From: Marsupella aquatica | Taxonomy: Eukaryota; Plantae; Marchantiophyta | Length of the DNA: 64,000 bases | NCBI GenBank assembly: GCA_973895155.1 | Contig: OZ316896.1 | Coordinates: 17,286,754 to 17,350,753 of the forward strand | Direction of reading: 5' to 3' | In this document: in pieces, positions 61,671 to 64,000 of the stretch | Layout: the number at the start of each line of letters is the position of its first letter | How positions within the stretch are numbered: the first letter of the stretch is position 1 | Program-made: the position numbers and the translations under genes | Notes under the pieces: model-generated | Seen by the model: only the letters and a program-made list of their open reading frames with translations | Databases searched by the model: none | Told to the model about the DNA's origin: nothing

Positions 61671-63141
61671 AAATGCGAATGTGTCGTCCAAGTGGGAGTG
61701 CTATCGAACGTCAGTGTTGTTGAACAATAAGTATTGTCCTCATGTTCGTGTTCTCAAAGCGGAAAGTGGCCAAACAAACATTTGCATCTGGATCTGCATG
61801 GAGAAAGGATAGTCCAAAGGAGAGTTTTGTCATTGTTGACATGCAGAAAGTGAATAAAGCAAGTGATCATTGAATGAAATGGAAGATGGTCGATCGAGAA
61901 GGTTGTAGCTGGAAGCCCGGACCAGTGACAAAAGCGAATAATCTATGTTATTGACTGACATGGAAGATGGTTAATCCATAAGATTGTGAGTAGAAGCCCG
62001 GACCTAAGGCAAAATTGGGTGGGAGGCTAAGGGCAAGAGTGGGAGCAAGAACCAGCGTGTTACTGTTGTTGATGCGGAAAGTGATAATAGCAAATAATCT
62101 GTGTTATTGAATGAAATGGAAGATGGCCAATGCAGAAGATTGTGAGTAGAAGTCGGTGACCGAAGGCACAATTGGGTGGACAACAATGGACAGAAGACTG
62201 TACAGAAGAATGGACAGAAGAATTGCCCGCCGCTCAATCTACCACAGGCAAAAGAGTTAGGCGGATGTTTACTTCAAGGTCTTGCTGAAAGAAAATTTCG
62301 CTGTCTTCTCTAATGACATCCGATCTTAAACAGACTGCGAAGTTCGTGATATAGCTCTTTAGAAACTTTGGTAGGAAAAACTACGTTAGTAGAGACCCAC
62401 ATTTATTGGGGTTTAGGGTTTAAAAATTTTCTTTCATAATCAGGTCTTCTCAGGCTCTAGCTGCCTTTACTTGAGTGAACCTGGAAACACTGACTGGATG
62501 CATTCCACTCGTCGAGTGCAAACGTTTCCTCAATTTCATGTATCGAATGATGTGCCAAGGCATGAAGCATGGGCAAGGGGAGGATATTACACCGTTTGAA
62601 AATATCAGGTCTACATCTCATCTGCCACGTTGGAGATGGGGGTGTGGAGCGGGCCCAGATAACAATTTCGCAATGTCGAAAGAAATAGCCTCGCCCGGAT
62701 GACAGGACCTAGAATTCTGGAGATTGGAGGTAACCCTGTCACTCTAATATATACCTTGACCTGGTGCGATCTGTGTCTCGCACGTTATGCATTCTAGTGC
62801 CAAATTTTCCCTGCACGGGGAGCTTGTGGTCTCAAGAGTTTACGCATTTCACGTCAGACACAGTTTCGTAATCCCTGAAAAGCCCAGCCATTCCTGCCAC
62901 CCTTTCATCTGGATTCTCGATAGTTGACGTCCTGAAGAGACAGTAGTCAAGCTTTGGCCTCCTGCACACCTTTAAGCAGCTGCACTGCCGACGGCTGGGC
63001 TTTAAGAGAGGAAAACTGAAAGATTGATAATTCCTCTCTTACGTGGTCGCCAAGAATTGTTTTGAAGGGGACTGATGCCAGTTAGGTTCAGTTATCCCTT
63101 TCTGACAAAATGCGGTAGGTCTACTCCTACATTAGTCCACA

Positions 63142-63464
63142 TCAAGACGTTGCAGATGAGGCCTCCGCAGCCGAAGAACTGATCTCAACCTTCGGCACTT
63201 CAGGAGTGTCGTGCGCAACGTATGCCTTCAGCTGCAATACCATGATAGTCAGATAATAATCAGAACAAAAGTACACAAGAGGACCATCTTCTGTCTATTC
63301 AGAGACTAAGACAATCGGGACAAAAATGGAAAAAACGTTACATCACGACTCAAAGCCTCCAGCGCCGAAGCATAGTGGACAGCTTCACTGGAACAGTACC
63401 TTGAAGTCTGTCAGGTCTGGGACAACATAAATTGGTAGTTTCTCTGGCATCAGCAAATAGCCTC
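63142..63464 (-). CDS. MRPL41: Mitochondrial large ribosomal subunit protein mL41 (yeast MRPL27 family), 3' part only
   Basis: Exon 63464-63400 (GGYLLMPEKLPIYVVPDLTDFK) plus exon 63231-63142 (LKAYVAHDTPEVPKVEISSSAAEASSATS*), joined by a GT-AG intron. YVVPDL..FKLK.YV is the mL41 signature. Upstream exons were not found and presumably lie beyond 64000. This gene is not in the ORF track. Confidence 0.88.
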
Positions 63465-64000
63465 CTGCAGGAGAAACCGGCAGAAACATTCCATTAATAC
63501 AAAACTACAACCAGTGGTCACAATATCAGCACTGGAACGTAGGAGAGAGTGACCGGCATTGCTGCTATTAGTCAGTGCAAATCAAGGGATCTCTTACGAA
63601 CTCCGTCAGGAAGCCGTCTACAATCCCTTCCCTGTGGCAGGCGAAATGTAGCATAGACATTCTTAAACCACTAACGCAAACCTAACAAAATTTTGGCAAA
63701 CACGGCCCTGCAAATAGTACAGTGTGAGAGAGTGACAACCACTAAGCTTATCAGTTCGAATTGAAGTATGGACCTTGTACTGTACCTACGCCATTGACGC
63801 ATGCTACGCGGTGAGAAAATACACATAGCATGTAACACGGGTAGGATTCGCTATAGCACATGCATAGGGCTGCATCACCCTCATGATATCCGAGCAGCCC
63901 GGGGTTGCAACGTGCACAACATAGAGTAAGCTTCAACGGAGGTGGAAGCATATCTATCGCAACCAGAGTCCAAAACAGAGTAGAAGAGAGAGAACCCCGG

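Noticed and set aside
62407-62422. gggtttagggttta telomere-like sequence
   Set aside because: Only about two TTTAGGG units, too short for an interstitial telomeric array and not clearly positioned as a promoter telo-box.

Overview
Eukaryotic land-plant nuclear DNA with GT-AG spliceosomal introns. The gene set and the long leaders and intergenic regions suggest a bryophyte such as a liverwort, but that is inference. I reconstructed eight protein-coding genes by hand: a DUF2358/SnoaL-like protein (+), thioredoxin-like Clot/TXNDC17 (+), an intronless Hs1pro-1/HSPRO protein (+), a Euonymus-type ricin-B lectin (+), an intronless F-box/kelch-like protein (-), a serine carboxypeptidase-like S10 protein (+), PTAR1-like prenyltransferase alpha-repeat protein (-, 9 exons), and the last two exons of mitochondrial ribosomal protein mL41 (-). 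Intergenic DNA holds Mutator-like MITEs with visible TIRs and TSDs, tRNA-derived SINE-like fragments, Helitron-like ends, a long decayed reading frame of unknown family and several tandem-repeat arrays. I found no CRISPR array, rRNA or intact tRNA, and no convincing novel multi-gene system. The best leads are small regulatory oddities: an overlapping uORF at HSPRO, a duplicated splice donor in Clot, a repeat-built polybasic uORF at PTAR1 and an atypical SCPL N-terminus. The unidentified fossil ORF near 2.4-3.7 kb is also worth a search.
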